NCBI RefSeq assembly: GCF_964355755.1
Contig: NC_092673.1
Coordinates: forward strand, 5,270,001-5,334,000
Source of the DNA: Antedon mediterranea
Lineage: Eukaryota; Animalia; Echinodermata
Length of the DNA stretch: 64,000 nucleotides
Reading direction: 5' to 3'
Shown: positions 52,528-64,000 of the stretch, in pieces
Layout of the letters: each line of letters opens with the position of its first letter
Numbering within the stretch: position 1 is the first letter of the stretch
The notes under the pieces: generated by a model
Databases searched by the model: none
Told to the model about the DNA's origin: nothing
The model's input: the letters and a program-made list of their open reading frames with translations, nothing else
Position numbers and translations under genes: made by a program

Positions 52528-55500
52528 GCATTAGTGAAAATTAGGAAGCGGGAACATAGAATTAAAATTAGGATCAGTTCCACAGTGTATTATATTTACT
52601 GACAAGACAAAATAAATGGTGATCTTGCTTGACCGAAGCAGCAAAGTACATTGGGTCAACCTTCTGACATCTACCACAACATGCATACCAGCATTTCTGG
52701 AAACGTTTTTCACTGATTTTATTTGTGTAACAAATAAAACTAGAAAAACTATTTTGTTTACTGTTACTGTGGTTCAATAACACTAAACAAAAATAGTATC
52801 TAAATAAACAAATTTAAACAGAATAATCTTTAATCCAAGGAGACCTTTCCTTTTATCATTCCGCCTTGACCAATTTTCTAGTTTTCTTTTCCCACCAAAT
52901 CGAAGTCTTCATATTTCCATGGCACTTTCCAGTTCATTGGTCTTCTGTGCAAGACACAAGAAGTGACAGAAGCTAGAGTCATCCTTTCCGTGCATGCACA
53001 CATATTTCCGTTGTGACTTCCCAGTGGGATTTACAATTTAAGAACATGAAAAAAATAAGGGTTGAGTCACAAAGAGTTTACAAATTTAATTTTCTTTTAT
53101 TTAAATCTATTTTCCTTAAACTTACTATTCCAAATGCTGTGATATTGAGGATATCATTTTAAAGGTTTATTTTTAATGTTAGTTTATTCAAACGCTACAT
53201 CTGACTGGATAAAGGAAATAATGTTAAATGTCACATGAAAGAAATGTCAACAGTAATAACATTAATAAGACTGAAAGATATTGACACATGCCATCGTTGT
53301 TTTCATCAACCGACTCCCAAGGAATGCTGGGATATCAACAGGACCAAACGACTAGCGTGCAGCCTTTTTAACTGGATACGCGCTGTGATTATGAAGTTCG
53401 GTATCAAGTTGCAAGGACATCAGGTGTAACGGATCAGGTGCAATTTTGTTCACGCTTGACTGAACACGGGGCTGTGAAACAATCAAGGCTGTGACCATGA
53501 TGAGCTGGCCCAATTACATTAACTAGTTGGTACTGCTATGAAATTACAGCTGACACAATGAGAACAGTAACACAATTAAATTGATGCTTTTAATGAGTCT
53601 ACTATGATTTTCAGTCAGTGTATGACATTTACAATTGTTCGTCGTTCCATTTGTTGGATAGCTTAAGTCAATATTCCCATTAGGAACTGAAACAAAGACT
53701 AGAACTAATTCCTTCATGTATCTGGTAATAATTAGTAGGCCTAAGTATTAAAAAAAAAGAAAATGCATAGTTACGAATGAATTACCACAAATCACTGTCT
53801 GCATACATGGAAATCAGTTTTAAGTCTTTCAAAGTGGACTTGTTTTTGTCGATAAAAGCAAATCCAAGAATTAGAGAAAGGGATATTAACCCCAAGACAC
53901 GACTCCACTATCGTCAACTCTTATTATTATTAGTGGGGTTTTTTTTTCAAACAACAAACGATAAGCATGCTTAGTACATTTCTCGAAATTAGTCAATACT
54001 GCCTGGTCAATATAATATCAATATCATTAAACTTGAATAAAATAATTTGAATAAACAGGTGTAAATTGAACTAGACAATAACCAGCTTCATACAATATTC
54101 TAATAATAAAATCAAGTCCATGCTTCCTACAACCTTCCTACAGGATACCTACACAAATGTGTTATTCCATACGGAATATGGATAGTCATACTATTACTAA
54201 TAATTTCATTGTTCTTTATTCATAAAATGATTTACAAAATTATATTTGCACAATAATGGAAATGTAAATTAACATTTTTTTTTAGATCAGTGCAATATCT
54301 GTATAATAGTTAATATTCTGTATAAATGCGAAATTGAAAGATGATCCCTAAAATAAAATGTTATGCTCAATATTGACTGCTAACGTTATAGATTTTTTCT
54401 ACTATATACTCAATTAATATTAATAATAATCTTTTTCAATTTAATAAACAATATAAAATTTGTTGTACAAACAAAATATTTATTTTATAGTACGTAAAAT
54501 CAAATAAACATTAAAATATAAATAAGTAATAATATAAATGATATTTTGAATGCAAGACTAGTATTGTATTATGTAATTACTGTACAAGACAACGACATAA
54601 ATATCACATGAAACATACTGACTGTATAGAATAAGTGTAAATTCATTGTTGTTGAATAGGAAATTTTAAAGTAATTAAACAGAATAATCAAGATGCACTG
54701 CACTGAAATAAAATTAAGGAGCGTACCAAAAAGTGAATAAAAATAGTCTTTCAGAAGCCGACAGGAAAAAGGACCTCGTCAGATTGTCTACATTATAGGG
54801 GTAGATAATCAGTCTTTCAAATATACGGTTTAGAATAGTACTCTGTTATGGTAGATAGTAGGGTGATAGCTAATCAATATCGGTGACCTTGACCTTAAAA
54901 AATAATCTCACTATCTTAAATAAATCATAAACCACACCACAAGGTGTCATTCTAAGTAAACATGTTATTTGAATTACAAATAATAGTTTGAACTGTATGG
55001 ATCTTTAGCAAATGTCATCATTATTAATTGTATAGCAAAGTATTACACAGAAAGTGTATGTGAATATACCAAATGTAAAATTAGCTAAATAATACAGTAT
55101 CTATGTCAACTATAACTCTGTGTATTAAAAGAGTATTGCTACCAAATATGCCGATTATTTGGTATTGGGAAAGGAGAAAGGTAAATAAATGGCATTTTTT
55201 TCTTCTGCATTGCGCCAAATAAACTAGTTATTTCCAAAATATAACTTTTTGACAGACCGCAGTTCTGCTGAATTTGTGCTCTCAAATAACCGTTTAAATT
55301 AGTGGTTGGTCGTAACAAATGTTAAAATAATAAAATTACCCAAAATGCAATACAAGCAGCCGGGTTAATCAAACAACTGTTATTTTGCATTGCAACTAAA
55401 AGTTGTACATTGATTTAAATGGTGTTCTAACTGGGTGTTTTAAACAGTTATTTTCACACGCTGTTATTTTAACACGCTGCTATTGAATTGAACTAGTTAT

Positions 55501-56697
55501 TCAAAATTTGTCTTGTTTCTGATGCCAAGAAATTGGTTACACACAATTATTAGGTTTTTTTGCAGAAACAGACCTACTACAGAAAAGGCTGACCTATGTG
55601 AAGGGATGTGAAAATGACTTCTAACCTGCAAATTTAACTACACAAAAAAGGTTTACAAAACTCTCACATGTACCAGAAAACCTGACTGCTAAATTTATAT
55701 TCCTATCCCTAGATAAAATCTTGTTTAAAACTATAAATGCACATAAAACCATGTAAATATGATGACTAACCAAAACACACTAAAATTTAATTTAATAATA
55801 ATAATAATATTATTTTCATAGGCAAAAATTAAGTTATGAAATACCTTGGTTAGGAATGAATGAATTATTGACTGAAATAATATAATCTCATCTACCTTGA
55901 CTTTGCACAGTATTTAAAAATGTTGCTGGTATAGACAATTATATTCTGTTTATTTTATAAACAATTCAGCTTTATAATAATAGCTATCATTCAATAGTAC
56001 TTAAAATATCTTGAATAATTATTAATCAATTTGTTTCCTTTAAATTGTAAATTTATTTATAAATTCCCACTTTATTTTTATTTTAAAGTACAAATGAGAA
56101 AAATTAGTTCAAAGTTTAAATACTATTTATCTTATTATCATATTAGTTGTTATTCAAATTTATGCATACAATACAATAACTAACATACTTGTTCAGCCTC
56201 AATGTTTACTTCCATACAACACACATCTGTGCAATTTTTTCAGATGGTCCCTAATCAGCCATTCAAGCAAAGATTTTAGATTAGAAGCTAGTACAATAAG
56301 AAGTTTATTTATATATACAAAGTGCCCTCGCTATTATAAAGAACTAATATGAATGCTATTAGCAAACGCAAACTACCAACAGGTTGATAATAGAAGCATG
56401 TAGTGCCATAGTAATTTGCATTTTATATTAATCTATTGTTGCACTCGTGCACTCAACATAGTCATTAATCCATTGGAAGTATGAAGTGAAAAATACATAT
56501 TTCGGTTAAAAAGTAAGAACACAATTGAAACTGCAAAAAATGCAAATTTACCAACAAAAAATGAATGTACATGTGTAATAGAAATTTAAATTCATTAAGT
56601 AATAATTAGTATATCAAAAGTTCTTGGAGAACAATGTTTTTGAGTTAACTAAGCGTTATAATATAGTGCAAATTGTAATCTTGCAATTATACTATAT

Positions 56698-57010
56698 TAT
56701 ATAACACCTATATAAATTCCTGTCATTTGATTGGACGAATGTGGGTCACATGGCGTGCAATAGTACGCACTATTCAATGATCGTTAAATAGTACTTTTTG
56801 AAACATTTTTGTGTACGAAAAAAAAACGTCTAGATGTTATATAAAACAAATAATGAATGTTTTGTATTCGTGTAATGGTACAAATAATGGCACTTGGCGA
56901 ATGATGAAAGGTTATATCAACTCGGCTTTGCCTCGTTGATATAACCTTTCATCATTCACCTCGTGCCATTATTTGTACCATTGCACTCATAAACATTCAT
57001 TATTTGTATA
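56698..57010 (+). mobile_element. Foldback repeat family C copy (~75-bp arm hairpin; possibly non-autonomous Crypton-like)
   Basis: Arms 56846-56921 and 56935-57007 are near-perfect reverse complements around tcggctttgcctc. The Crypton label is recall-based. Confidence 0.7.
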
Positions 57011-57354
57011 CTATACTACTATACTAGATATTCAAATTATGGATATATTATTAGTGAACTATATCAAATGAGGTTTCACCTTATGAGATGTACCTATCTG
57101 TATTCTACTGAATATAAAAATATACTATATTTATAACTTTATTCACAATCTCAGATAATACAAAGTACATGCAAAATTAATTGAGGTTGTGAACGGGGTT
57201 AAGCTGTAAGCTAATGCTTTAGACGCAAAGCCCCTTAAAACGAGAAAAAAAAAAAACAAAACAAACAAAATTGAAATTGAAACTGAAATAGATAAATAAT
57301 TAAAAAAATAAATAAATAAAAACAGTGTTTTTGCAGGTTTTTTGCAATATCTTA

Positions 57355-57484
57355 AGCTCTGTCTACACTATCAAACTTTATGTGACAACAAAATGTGATG
57401 TGTTCATATACTGTATGGACATGATGATGTCATATCACTACCATATTTAGGCACATCACACATTTTTTTTTTTTATTTGATAGT
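57355..57484 (-). mobile_element. MITE family A copy
   Basis: tta|agctctgtctacactatcaaacttt plus family body; right TIR eroded. Confidence 0.8.
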
Positions 57485-58102
57485 ATATTACATAATTATC
57501 CACCAGTATCTTTATCATCAAGGTCAGGACTGACAAGCTCTCTTATTTACAAATCCTATCATAAAAATTAATTAAATTTAATAATTCATAAGCTGTACTT
57601 TGTACATAAAATGAACAAAATACTATTATTACATAATATTGTTTCATATTTTAGAAATCTGTATGATAATTTTACTTTTTTATAGTTAAACAATTGTACA
57701 GTATATAGGCACACCTTCTGGATGGTAGAGCTACAGCATCCTTGTAGCGTGTACCTCATTAGCTAATGACCAAGACTTAAGTACAGGTGAATACGGTAAT
57801 AGGTTCATAGTACTGTTATGATTAATTTGCAGTAAATGCATTGCATTATATTTGATTAGAGTACAGTACCACTTCTGTATCAATATTGTTGATTATAGTT
57901 TTGATAGAGTACACTAAATATATCTAAACTTACTACTGTAGGTCATGACTCCAACTCTTTACTCAGGTTAAAAGAGGGACATTTTTGTGAATACCTGACC
58001 GTGACGGTTGTGAGGGAGACTGAAGCTTCACATACTCCAGGACCAATATTTTACAGGCGTTTCAGAATTACATCAGAATGGCATTTCAGAAAGGCATTCT
58101 TA

Positions 58103-58720
58103 AGGCCAATTTACACAGACGAGCGGTAACGGTAAGCGGTAAGTTGAGCGGAAAACGCAAAAATAGAATCTATGTTATTTCTTATGACCATTTACACAGA
58201 ACGCAGAGCAGACGAGCGGAAATCCGCTCAGGATCGAAACAGATTCGATTTTGTGAAAATACCGCGTAGTAATTATGGATTCGGGCCAACCAACGACATA
58301 ATTGAAATGACGTCATCTGTCAACAACTTTTTTTTTGCGTCCGTCCAGTCAAAGACGACAATAAATACGAGTGCCGTAGTAGTAGGCTTAGCCTAGTTTT
58401 GCAAATTCTTTTTATTCAGAAATACAAACACCTACGACGTGAATAATTGTTCGTATAAGGATAATGAAAAGAAAATATACATTTTAGTACATTATTAGGC
58501 AACAAGTCCCTTTAAAACTTAGGTCTGTGTGTGCTAGGCCTACTGACAGTCACATCCAGGCCAGCAGTGACTGTAACATGCATTAGCCTCGAGGCCTACA
58601 TGCACCTACTTTCCACCACTCCGTTCGCGAACTCCGTTCGCTGTGTAAATTGGAAAAGCCACGCGGTTTTTCGCTTACAATTACCGCTTACCGTTACCGC
58701 TCGTCTGGGTAAATTGGCCT
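58103..58720. mobile_element. Non-autonomous PIF/Harbinger-like transposon (618 bp, long TIRs)
   Basis: tta|AGGCCAATTTACACAGACGAGCGGTAACGGTAAGCGGTAA ... TTACCGCTTACCGTTACCGCTCGTCTGGGTAAATTGGCCT|tta; CpG-rich, so likely young. Confidence 0.9.
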
Positions 58721-58754
58721 TTAGGCTTAAAATCACAAGCTGAGCTACCTATCA

Positions 58755-58812
58755 GTTTAACAAAAAAATCACATTTTTTTGTCACATGAAGTTTGATAGT
58801 GTAGACAGAGCT
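58755..58812 (+). mobile_element. MITE family A right-end fragment
   Basis: atcacatttttttgtcacatgaagtttgatagtgtagacagagct. Confidence 0.75.
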
Positions 58813-59751
58813 TTTAAGGCATTAAGCTTTTCATTATAACATTATTTAACAGATTTAATATAATAAACATCATTAATTTATTATATCTTATGCATAGGGG
58901 TACTGTAGATTATTTACATAAATCTAAAACTTGTCTACTTATCGACACTTGACATTTTATTCGGCGCTATACAGCAGAAACAGATCCTTATTCATTATTT
59001 TAACAGGAATAAAAAATTTTTGCTGCGGTTTGAAAGTAAACTACAACATCCTTGGGAAACAGCAATTGAAACAAAGGCACTTCCTAATCCAAGACATTCA
59101 ACCTATCAAAGTATGGCTTGCAAAAGAACTAGTGTAGGGAAAAGAAAGACAGGGAAAAGAAAGAATGTTAAAGGGAAGGATGGGCATTTTTAACATTTTA
59201 AAAAGGAAAATGATTGAAATTGATGTTCATTTTCATTCAGTTAACTTGGTATGATGATTTTATACTTATAACATCTTGTTCATCTGAAGGTTCTTTGCAT
59301 TAAATATAATAATGGATAATAATGGATTAATCTAGTACTATATCATCAGTAACAACCTACAAACATATCACCTAAATTGCGGATATAATTTCAACTGGGA
59401 GAGGAAGATGGTGTGAAAATGAGAGGATTTTCTTTCCTTGAAAAAAATGTATTTAAATTAAATTTCCGATCCAAAAACAAATTATAGATTAAAATATTTT
59501 TTCATCAAAATTTGAATTTAAATTGCATAATCTGGCAGAAAGCAATATCATGCAGTTATTTAATGCATTTTTTAAGGTAAACGCTGCATTTCTTATTCAT
59601 AAATCGACAATGTGTCAATATTTTTTTTTCAAGAATGATGCTGGCCTGGTAGTTTAGTCGTAGAAATCATTTGTTATACAAAAATATGAATACAGTAGAA
59701 CACAAATTAGGGACACCTTCAGGACCCTACAAACGCCTTAATATGGGTGTC

Positions 59752-60073
59752 TCAATTGATTGATTGAGATTTATATTTATACTGGGTAACCTCTTCAGTC
59801 AAAGACTGGTCTCCCAGAGGGCCCAGTTGGTGATCAGTGGCTGTGATGTACTAATACACCGGGATAACCCCCTACTCGTCTCGAAAGATGTACTAGGTTC
59901 TTTAAAGTGCACACGAGCAAGTTGTGTACACTGGACCTACAGTTTATAGTCCTTATCCAAGAAGACTCGTTCTACCACCAGAACCATGGAGTGAGTGAGC
60001 CTCGAACCCCTACCGATGTTATGGCTACGTAATTACGGCTCCACTGTCTTAACCGCTCGGCCACTCACTCAAG
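59752..60073 (-). mobile_element. Full-length tRNA-headed SINE with Deu/Nin-like domain and 12-bp TSD
   Basis: Head GAGTGAGTGGCCGAGCGGTTAAG...GGTTCGAGGC; body GTCTTCTTGGATAAGGACTATAAACTGTAGGTCC...TTAAAGAACC...GAGTAGGGGGTTATCCCGGTGT; (TCAA)n tail; TSD aatatgggtgtc at 59740-59751 and 60074-60085. Confidence 0.85.
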
Positions 60074-60387
60074 AATATGGGTGTCCCAAAAGAGGGGTTT
60101 CCCAAAAGAGGGGTTACTAACATCTTATTGTAGTTGTACACAAAATTCAAATATAGTAATTACCAGGTCAGCACATAAAATGAGTTAAATTAGATTCTAT
60201 ACTGTATGAACCTATAGTACTGTATACCGTGTAATGTAGTGGTAATAGGTATGAAGGCTTGTGAGCTGGATATTTAGAATATGTGGTAGGGGGGGGGGGG
60301 GGGGAACATTGACATGTGAATTGGTTTAGCTGTACTGTATATAGCTTTTGGTGGTTTATAAGACTGTCACTGTTTCGTTCTGACAAT

Positions 60388-60523
60388 GCCCACTACAGAC
60401 GCAACACAAGGAAACGCGAGTTGACCAATCACAAGCAAGGGATTATTTGAACTGTCGCTTGTCATTGGTCACATTTGAGTTGTGTTTATGTCCTTGCGTT
60501 GGGAACCAAGTGGGAACCAAGCT
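60388..60523. mobile_element. Short MITE family B copy
   Basis: cccactacagacgcaacacaagg..ttgaccaatcacaagc...gcttgtcattggtca...gtgggaaccaagct|tta (internally palindromic). Confidence 0.7.
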
Positions 60524-61132
60524 TTACTTAAAATGCAGTATGTTACCATACGTTGTTAAGTCTGAACATAGAATATCATTTAAGTAGCATTAAGGCATCG
60601 CAAAGTCATTCTACAGCATTAGTCAGCATACACAAATTATTTTACCATGAGTTACGAGTGCCTGAAAATGACATTACAGGCGACTTACAGTCTCTATGAA
60701 AATTACAAGGGATATCCTACAAAAATGTTAATTTTTAACAACATATTTTAAACTCGCAGATTATTGATGCAATACAGTTTATTTTTATTTTTCCATAAAT
60801 TATTTAAGGCCTTGCGGTGAACCTCACAACTCCATAGTCTAACTGTTATTAATCAAATGCTAATTAAATGGTAAGAATATGGTATTCTTATTAGTAATTT
60901 AGGCCCATATTTTGTTTTCAAGGTTGCCAAGCTAACCCTAGGCCATAGCATTATTTCCTGCACACAGAATGTCATTTCCTCGCCACAGTCTGAATATTAA
61001 TTCAATTTCACTCGGATTAAAAGCTACAAACGTGACAGCTTTTAAACAAACAACTAAGCCAGCTAATTTGATTTATTTTTCATACTCAGAGTCATAACAA
61101 AATATGAAAATACATTACTAGACAAAACACAT

Positions 61133-61544
61133 ATTTTCAATCATTCGAATAAGAATTTGTTTGTAACTAGTACAGTATAAGACTTTAGCAAAGTCCCATC
61201 ACACTATGCTGTACATTCTAAATATTAAAATGTTATCAAAAGTCAAATTGATATCTGTATTTTGATTAATAAACAATATCAGATAATAACACATTTTCAA
61301 TCATTCGAATAAGAATAAGAAGGCTTAATATATAATATCGACAGTATAAGACTTATTATATAATATCTATAAGACTTAAGTCTGTACTACTAGCCCCACC
61401 TACAAAATGAAGCCAGGCCAGTGACAAATGACAATGTGACAAATTAGCAACTGTCCCATCACACTATGCTGTACATTCTAAATGTTACCAAACGTCATGT
61501 ATAAATTGATATCTGTATTTTTATTAATAAACAATATCAGATAA
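61133..61544. repeat. Interleaved local duplications
   Basis: attttcaatcattcgaataagaat x2; gtcccatcacactatgctgtacattctaaat...aaattgatatctgtatt...aataaacaatatcagataat x2. Confidence 0.8.
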
Positions 61545-64000
61545 TTTAGTAATTAATATTTGCATATAAATTTTACAATATAAAATAGTTAGACTTTGCA
61601 AAAATCAATTTGCATAACTTAAAAATCTAGCATCAGATTGGTGATCATTGTAATATTTGTTGGGGTTTGCTCAAATCTTTTTCAAATCAATACAGAGGTG
61701 GTCTAACTTTCACAACAATGAAATATTAGGTAAATAATAGCAAGTGATCAATCCATCCATAAAAACTAAGACGTAGGATTAAGTAAGCAAGCAAGGAAAT
61801 TCTTATATTTAGGAAACTAACGCATAAATTGAGTAAATTCTAATCAAACGAGCTCTATTGGCTGAAAATGGCAAATTCCAATTTGCCAGTGCCCCTGAGG
61901 ATGTGACAATGACGTAGCCACCATACGGAGCTATAAGGAAGATTTACTGAAATCGGGGCCGCTTGCAATGACCTGACTAGTCAATTGCAATATTGCACAT
62001 TGAATTTATTTTACTGCTGCGTATTTATCATGCATTACGGTATAAAATAATAGTAGCGATTAGTGTGCTATATTGTGTACAAAATGTTTTCTCAAATACG
62101 ACGAAGGAAACGTTTGAAGTCGCATCATAACCAAGGGACTGAAACAGAAGATCCAACACGACAAAAATCAATTTGAAATTGACAAGCGGCCTCGTTGTGT
62201 AAACAGAAACTCATTAAAATGATTACCAATTAAACTAGTTTAAGCCGTCGTTACATCAAAGAATAATTTCAAACCCGAATTTCACATAAAGTTTTATCTG
62301 GTTGTTTTAGATAGTCTGAAATTGAAATGTTTTTTGCATTTTTTCTCAACAATGTTTTTTTTTTATTTCTTTTTCTCTTAATTTCTGTTTCTTATGAATA
62401 ATTTAAATCATCTCATCCGACACAGAATATTTTCTTATTTCTGCATCTAATTTATTTACAGTTATTACTTATATTGTATTGCATAATGAACAACAAATAG
62501 TGGTCAACTGATAGCTAAGGGATCAAACTAGTTCTTGGCTAGGTTGTTTACAAACTGATTTCAGTCATTAGTTATCACTGTTCATAAGATACAGTAGTTT
62601 GAAATTTGTCTTTAAAATACTTATCGATCTAGTACCGTGTACAGTATTTGTTTTTGTTTTTTAACAAATACAGAATTAATGCCAACTTTATTCACATCAT
62701 ACATAAATAGTACAATATGTATGTGAAAAGGAGCCAAACAAGTGTTATTGTGTACAGTATGTATAATAAGCATGGAGAAACTTATTTCTCCATGGTATAA
62801 GAGTTTCCCACCTTCTAATTTAGGCTAAGTTTGAATGCAATACTGGTAAATCCATGGTTAAAGCAAATATTATCTAACCCCTAATTTCATAACCAATCCC
62901 CTTGTAATTACAACGATATCATAATTGAGAGACCTTGATTTTAAATGTTAAATTACAGTATATATATTTTTACCACATCATTATCATAAACATTAGTCAA
63001 AGCTTTGTCCTCCTCCTTCTCCATAGGGTATTCACAGATATGAAAAGCCTATAGCCTAGAGACAAGATAACAGACTATGATAATGTGTAGTCTATTCATT
63101 AATATCATTGTTTGGTATATCAAAGCATTTTTCCTCCATGATCAAAGCATGACTACAATGCTAAATTTATTTTCGCTTTATTGGTAATTACCTATATTGA
63201 TCCAAACGCCACTATAATCCAAGGCGACAAACCTAAATAATGTAGTTCTCATATTGGTCAATACTTTATAATAATAATACAATTGTAACACATGTGCATG
63301 GAAATATTGTACAATTCTGCAATCTACTTTTTAATATAATTTCTTTATAAAATAGTAATGTTTGGCTTATTATAAACAGTATCATCATAATTGGAAGTAC
63401 TGTAGTTACAAATGTTTACAGTTAGTTCTTACACTAGTAGTTAGTTGGAATTTATTTACAGAGTACAGTAGTCCTACATTATGTGCCAAGTAGCTAAACT
63501 TTACCATACAGTATTATTGTTACCTAAATTCCATTGTATTGTATTAAGTATAAATCTATGCGTGTTTAAATAACATTATGTAATTGTAAAAAGCATACTA
63601 AAAGTACAAGTCTGTCCATTACTCTTTTTTAATTAAAAAAAAATCTTGCTAGCATGACAACCGATGGTACACTCTTTTTATTTAGTTACCAAGTTGGTCG
63701 AAGAATTACTAAAATGTTAGGAAATACTCTAATCTCAGAATTAGATAATCTTTACCATATAAATAATAAAATATAAAGTTTGTGTGTTTTTTAATGCTTT
63801 ATTTTTATACAAAAATCTTGATTTTTTTCTCTCGTCCTTGACACATGATTGGATATTTTATATGGCCAAGAACATAAATTCTTCAGGGACTTTGGGAAGA
63901 AGAAAAATACATAAGGGAAAACTTGTATATAATGCTGTTTTGCAGACAAAGCCAATATTGCAATAGAAAAATCTGCTAATAATACATGATGTGAATGAAC

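Noticed and set aside
50817-52544. Gly/Tyr-rich ORFs (GRGYTHIGG...)
   Set aside because: They are translations of a 25-bp minisatellite; the unit is not a multiple of 3 and TAG-bearing variants interrupt the frames.
37362-64000. First coding exon of JMJD1C (expected LVGKRFL...WRAGVIRA-like)
   Set aside because: No matching peptide found by eye; it probably lies beyond the window end.

Overview
AT-rich animal genomic DNA, probably a marine invertebrate (deuterostome/echinoderm-like is an inference from the repeat types, not proven). The whole window lies inside one minus-strand, intron-rich gene: a JMJD1C/KDM3-family JmjC histone demethylase. Six internal coding exons with canonical GT-AG sites and matching phases can be read directly (37203-37361, 34658-34774, 13322-13531, 9190-9277, 2767-2858, 470-611). 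They encode about 270 aa of the conserved N-terminus (VYVEFD..WPAL..GYRVKVYR..TQWFSAVIT..VVKSLLKGENVGIT). I found no first coding exon in the window (presumably beyond 64000), and the zinc-finger/JmjC exons lie before position 1. The introns hold about 13 copies of a Harbinger/Tourist-like MITE with an internal 21-bp VNTR, other TIR elements (Harbinger-, Kolobok- and piggyBac-like), tRNA-derived SINEs (CORE-like and Deu/Nin-like), a 5S-rRNA+tRNA chimeric SINE head split by a MITE, a foldback element family, a Penelope-type hammerhead remnant, a 1.7-kb G-rich 25-bp minisatellite and several nuclear-receptor-type direct repeats. None of the supplied ORFs is a real protein as listed. No prokaryotic features are present.
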